A stretch of DNA of 64,000 nucleotides from an uncultured Acidobacteriota bacterium (GTDB taxonomy: Bacteria > Acidobacteriota > Polarisedimenticolia > J045), in contig CAVPCQ010000017.1 in NCBI GenBank assembly GCA_963702425.1, positions 96,001 through 160,000 of the forward strand, in the 5' to 3' direction. Below the pieces are notes generated by a model. That model was given only the letters and a program-made list of their open reading frames with translations, had not been told where the DNA came from and ran no database searches. The number at the start of each line of letters is the position of its first letter. Within the stretch, counting starts at the first letter, position 1. Shown piece by piece: positions 60,160 through 64,000 of this stretch. A program made the position numbers and the translations under genes.

Positions 60160-61014
60160 TGTGCGTCGCCTTGACTTCGTCCGCCCTACCCTTCAGCGAG
60201 TTGCGTTCCTATTCAGGCTACCCGAATCGCCCGCGGACGAGCCCGGTCGCCCTCCGGCCATACCGCCGTCAACGTGCGTGGATGCCCAACCGCCTCCTTG
60301 CGGTCGTCATGCGCTGGGATCGCGAAGGCTTCAGACGGTACGGGCGCTGGACATCGCGGCGCCACGCTGGACGCCCGAGCACAACGGGCGACCTCCGTGC
60401 GTTCGTCCACCGGATGGCGACCGAGAATCCGTCGTGGGGAGCGCCGCGCATCCACGGCGAGATCCAGGAACTCGCCCTGGAGGTCTCCGAACGCACAGTC
60501 TCTCGCTACATGCCCCGGCGTCCGGCACATCCCGACGCACGGCAGCGCTGGCGCATGTTTCTCGCCGACCACCGCGGGGTCATCGCCGCGATCTGCTCGA
60601 CCACGTCATCGTCCCGAACGAGAAGCACCTGCAGCGCCTTCTGGCCGGCTTCGTCTCGTACGACCTCAACGATCGCACGCACTTGTCCTGAAGACGGATG
60701 CTCCCGCGATGCGAGCTGTGGAGTCGAAGCCCGATCCAGCCGCCGAGGTCATCGCCCGACCTCGCCTTGGCGGACTTCATCACCGGTACAGCTGGCGTCC
60801 CGCAGCCTGACGATTCCGCTCGAATAGTCCGTCACAGCTGCTTTGTCGCGGAGCACGTGTACTCTTGCGGACGGCAGTCCGCCGCCCTCTCTGTCAACCG
60901 GTGGGCATGACCGTCGCCGACACATGCAGGGGCGCGTTCGGCCGGCGACTCTGCCTCCCATTCCGAGCCGCGTGGGCCATCAGCAATGTGCGGACTCGAT
61001 CTTGGCGAAGGACA
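60160..61014 (+). mobile_element. TGT...ACA rve-integrase element, internally deleted
   Basis: Ends TGTGCGTCGCC and TGGCGAAGGACA; ENPSWGAPRIHGE...VSERTVSRY, DHVIVPNEKHL, GGLHHRY. Confidence 0.88.
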
Positions 61015-61028
61015 GGTCGACATCCAGC

Positions 61029-64000
61029 TCAGAAAACGAACTGCAGCTCCGTGCCGCTTTTCAATACCCGGATGCCGCCGGGGTACCCTGAGCCGTCGTC
61101 CAGCTGGTAATACAGGATCGGTCCGTCCGGAGGTGTCCAAACGAACGGGCTCCGCGAAGCGACGCCGATCCTGTTCGTCGGGTTCACGACATTCTGCGGG
61201 TCCGTGGACTGGTAGACGGACACCTCCGGCTGGAACGTCTCCGCGGTGAGGGTGAAGACGCAATCGGCCGGAATCGTGGCGGTGAAGGTGCCGTTGCTGA
61301 CGGGCACCTTGCCGGCATACTCGAGATTCTTCGCGGCCGATGTGTAGTAGAGGTCGAGGCTCGTCAATGCGGGCAGCGACGCCAGCCTCCCTTGCAGGGC
61401 TGCGGCCCCGGCCCCGGTGTTGATGCCGACGATCGTGACCCGGTTCGAGCCCGCGTGGTGGAACGCCAGGAGCGGCGAGAACGGGCCGGTCATTCCGTCG
61501 ACGCCGATGCGCCGCGCGCCGGGACGAACGAACTTGGTGATCTGGGCCACGGTATAGAAGTTCTTGCGCGGCGTGTAGGTCTTCGGCACGGCGTTCTCGT
61601 CATCCACGGAGAACAGGCCCCAGAAGCTCCAGGTCGCGGGCGGGTGGGCGTAGAAGCTGTCGTAGCCTTCCCATACGATGCCGGACGAGGCGCCGTTGGC
61701 AAGGTGGTCGAGCAGGTAGTCCGCCGTTCCCCGGCAGTAGTTCCAATCGTAGTTGCCACGCGTGCCGCTGTCGCAGGTGGGGCACCAGACGTTGAACTCC
61801 GTCATCCAGAACGTGCGATCGGGGTAGGCGGAAGCGCGGATGAAGTCAAGCACGCCGGACGAGCCGCCGCCGTTGTCGGAGTAGCTGTGAACGCCGAAGT
61901 GCGCCAGCTTTGCCATGATGACGGGGTCCGCCATCATTTCGGGCATGTAGCCCGTGCCGCCGCCCGCGCGGTCGGGGCCGACGAATCGCAGGTCGCCGAG
62001 CCCGTTTGCATCCAGCTTCCGCGCCAGTGCGTGCAGGCTAGCGGTGTAGGGAGTCACATCCATGTGGATGCCTTCGTTGTAGATGTCCGGCTCGTTGTTC
62101 GGAGCGACGAGACGGAACTCGAGCCCACGCGTGTTGCGTGCGTACGCCAGCAGCGAGGTGATCGACTCCGCCCATTCCTCTTCCATGCCGGCCCCGAGCG
62201 TACCGCCTCCCATCCATGAAGGTCCCGGTCCCATGAAGTTGAAGAACACGCCGTCCGTCAGCCCGCGCTGGTTGAGGTAGGCGGTCATGTCCCAGAGGCC
62301 GGTGAAGGCGCTCGAGCCGTAGAGCGCGTTGTAGTACGGCCAGTCGAACACGGCGGGATCGGCGTTATCATTGATCGCCTCCCAATCGGTGTTGTCGAAC
62401 ACGATGCGGAACTGCGTCATCCCTGCCTGTTCGATGAGCGCGTCGAGTACCGGTTGAAGCTCCGTGCCGTTCCAACTGCGATGGTTGGCGTTCACGCCGA
62501 AGCCGTCAATCACCTGTCCGATCCGCGCACCGTCAAACGTGACTCCCGGGTCGCCGTTTCCGTCCGTCGCGTAGATGGAGTATGTGCTGTTGCCCGCGCC
62601 GGTGAGCGCGACGGGGTCGGGCCACGAGCCGTAGTTGTAGCGGCCCCAGCGCAGCGTGCCGCCGTTCTCCGCGTAGACCCGCGCGTCGGCGGCATCCGAC
62701 CAGATGGCCAGCCAGTAGAAACTCCCGTTGGTTACCGATAGCGGCTCGGTCAGTGCAAACCTCTGCCAGCCGTCGGCGGGATTGGTAACTTCCACACTCG
62801 CACGCAGCAGCCGGTCTGCGCTCCCGCCGTTGTCGGAGTAGATGGCGCAGCGGTAGCGGCCCGTGCTGGCGGTCACTTTCGCGAAGATGTTCGTCGCCGT
62901 CAGGTCGGCGGACGCCTGGAAGCGGCTGGCGTTGATCCATGCGCCGTTGTCCCAGAGCGTGTCGGTGAACGTCCCTTGGTCCGTGTTGCCCAACACGGCT
63001 GCCGCGCCAGTCCCGGAAACGGTGACGGTCACGGGTGTCGACGTCTTGCTCAGACCGAGGTCGTCGGTGGCCCGCGCGGTGAACGTGTAGGTGCCCACGG
63101 GGACGTTGACCCAGCTGAAGCTGTACGGCACGGTCCTGTCCTCGCCGATCTTGGTCCCGCCGCTCAAGAACTCAACGGCGGCGACCGGGGCGGCGTTGCC
63201 GGTCGCGTCTGCGATCAGCGTGATCAGCGCCGGCGCCTCGAACGTCGCGCCGGCATCCGGGCTGGTGAGGCTGACGGTCGGCGGCAGGTTGCCGGGGTCT
63301 GTCGTGAGGCGCACCTGGCCGCCGCGTGTGTGATGGACGGCCACGGCATGATCGCCGCCGCCGAGGTCGCGGACCGTCCAGCCGTCGCTCGCCAGGTCGG
63401 TCCGCTGCGGCAGGCGCGAGCCGGCCAGGGTCACCTCCGTGGGCAAGTAGCTGAGTCGCAGGTACTCGGTGTCCGTCGCATCCTGCGCGGTGTACCGGAC
63501 CTCGCCCGGACCGTACGAAACGTCGGTGAGAACTCCGCGGCTGTAAAGGATGTGGTCCTCCCGGGGAGGGGCCCACTCCGGCATCGCGGCGAAGGCATGG
63601 TAGAACATGCGAGGGGCTTCGCCATAGCAATCGGACCACCAGGTGGCGATACCGGGGGAGTAAGGGCTTTCTGTCGCCCGGCCCTCGGAATCACTGCAGT
63701 AAGTCACCCAGTTCAAGGAGCGGTAGGCCTTCTCGAGATAGGCCGTATCCCCCGACGCCCGGTACCACCGGGCGCACTCGGCGGCGTAGCGAGCCGTCTG
63801 ATAGTCCATCTTGTAGAGGAAACCGTCCTGTTCCCCCACGATGGCGGCGCCGTAGGCCGTCGCCGGCTCGCCGCCGGTGGTGCGGTAGACGAAGTTGTCC
63901 TCGGTCCACTGAATGAGGGCGGGCAGATGGGTCTGCCAGTCCGGATCGAATTCCGGGTGGTCGTACATATAGAGAGCCGTGTTGCTCTTGCTCAGGTTGC
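61029..64000 (-). CDS. Multi-domain secreted glycoside hydrolase (helical domain, Ig-like, GH30-like); 5' end beyond window
   Basis: NLPPTVSLTSP Ig domain; Q.IDGFG, NEPD (acid/base), WMTE (nucleophile), KFVRPGA. The frame stays open to the window edge. Confidence 0.85.
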   Translation of the reverse strand, partial: NLSKSNTALYMYDHPEFDPDWQTHLPALIQWTEDNFVYRTTGGEPATAYGAAIVGEQDGFLYKMDYQTARYAAECARWYRASGDTAYLEKAYRSLNWVTYCSDSEGRATESPYSPGIATWWSDCYGEAPRMFYHAFAAMPEWAPPREDHILYSRGVLTDVSYGPGEVRYTAQDATDTEYLRLSYLPTEVTLAGSRLPQRTDLASDGWTVRDLGGGDHAVAVHHTRGGQVRLTTDPGNLPPTVSLTSPDAGATFEAPALITLIADATGNAAPVAAVEFLSGGTKIGEDRTVPYSFSWVNVPVGTYTFTARATDDLGLSKTSTPVTVTVSGTGAAAVLGNTDQGTFTDTLWDNGAWINASRFQASADLTATNIFAKVTASTGRYRCAIYSDNGGSADRLLRASVEVTNPADGWQRFALTEPLSVTNGSFYWLAIWSDAADARVYAENGGTLRWGRYNYGSWPDPVALTGAGNSTYSIYATDGNGDPGVTFDGARIGQVIDGFGVNANHRSWNGTELQPVLDALIEQAGMTQFRIVFDNTDWEAINDNADPAVFDWPYYNALYGSSAFTGLWDMTAYLNQRGLTDGVFFNFMGPGPSWMGGGTLGAGMEEEWAESITSLLAYARNTRGLEFRLVAPNNEPDIYNEGIHMDVTPYTASLHALARKLDANGLGDLRFVGPDRAGGGTGYMPEMMADPVIMAKLAHFGVHSYSDNGGGSSGVLDFIRASAYPDRTFWMTEFNVWCPTCDSGTRGNYDWNYCRGTADYLLDHLANGASSGIVWEGYDSFYAHPPATWSFWGLFSVDDENAVPKTYTPRKNFYTVAQITKFVRPGARRIGVDGMTGPFSPLLAFHHAGSNRVTIVGINTGAGAAALQGRLASLPALTSLDLYYTSAAKNLEYAGKVPVSNGTFTATIPADCVFTLTAETFQPEVSVYQSTDPQNVVNPTNRIGVASRSPFVWTPPDGPILYYQLDDGSGYPGGIRVLKSGTELQFVF

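Noticed and set aside
6045-61014. Tn7/CAST or integron reading of the TGT...ACA ends and cassette-like layout
   Set aside because: No tnsABC/tniQ, cas or intI genes and no attC-like sites were seen; the ends belong to small rve-integrase remnants.

Overview
High-GC accessory region, probably from an Acidobacteriota-like bacterium (inferred from the secreted-protein motifs only). It contains: (i) an ECF sigma factor with two TPR-bearing Hanks-type Ser/Thr kinases; (ii) a myxobacterial-style Wzx/Wzy exopolysaccharide cluster (wecB, WecG/TagA, PCP, stand-alone BY-pseudokinase, GT2/GT4, AsnB-like, flippase, Wzy) next to a beta-helix enzyme and a stand-alone A-T-TE NRPS with a Ser-like code; (iii) secreted beta-propeller, FG-GAP, tail-fibre-like and GH30 proteins; (iv) a LOV-PP2C photoreceptor. 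These blocks are separated by mobile-element debris: two full-length but frameshifted group II introns and two intron remnants, five internally deleted TGT...ACA rve-integrase elements plus two solo ends, three degenerate copies of a TIR-less element with an MYDK motif, an IS630-type MITE, and IS21/IS91/IS256/IS630 scraps. Most notable: the group II introns sit in or beside the TGT...ACA termini (one splits the terminal TG|T), the MYDK element is a candidate rolling-circle transposon, and a ~1.64 kb element+rsgA direct repeat brackets the EPS/NRPS island. No CRISPR, tRNA or rRNA was seen. All family assignments come from motif recognition by eye, not from database searches.
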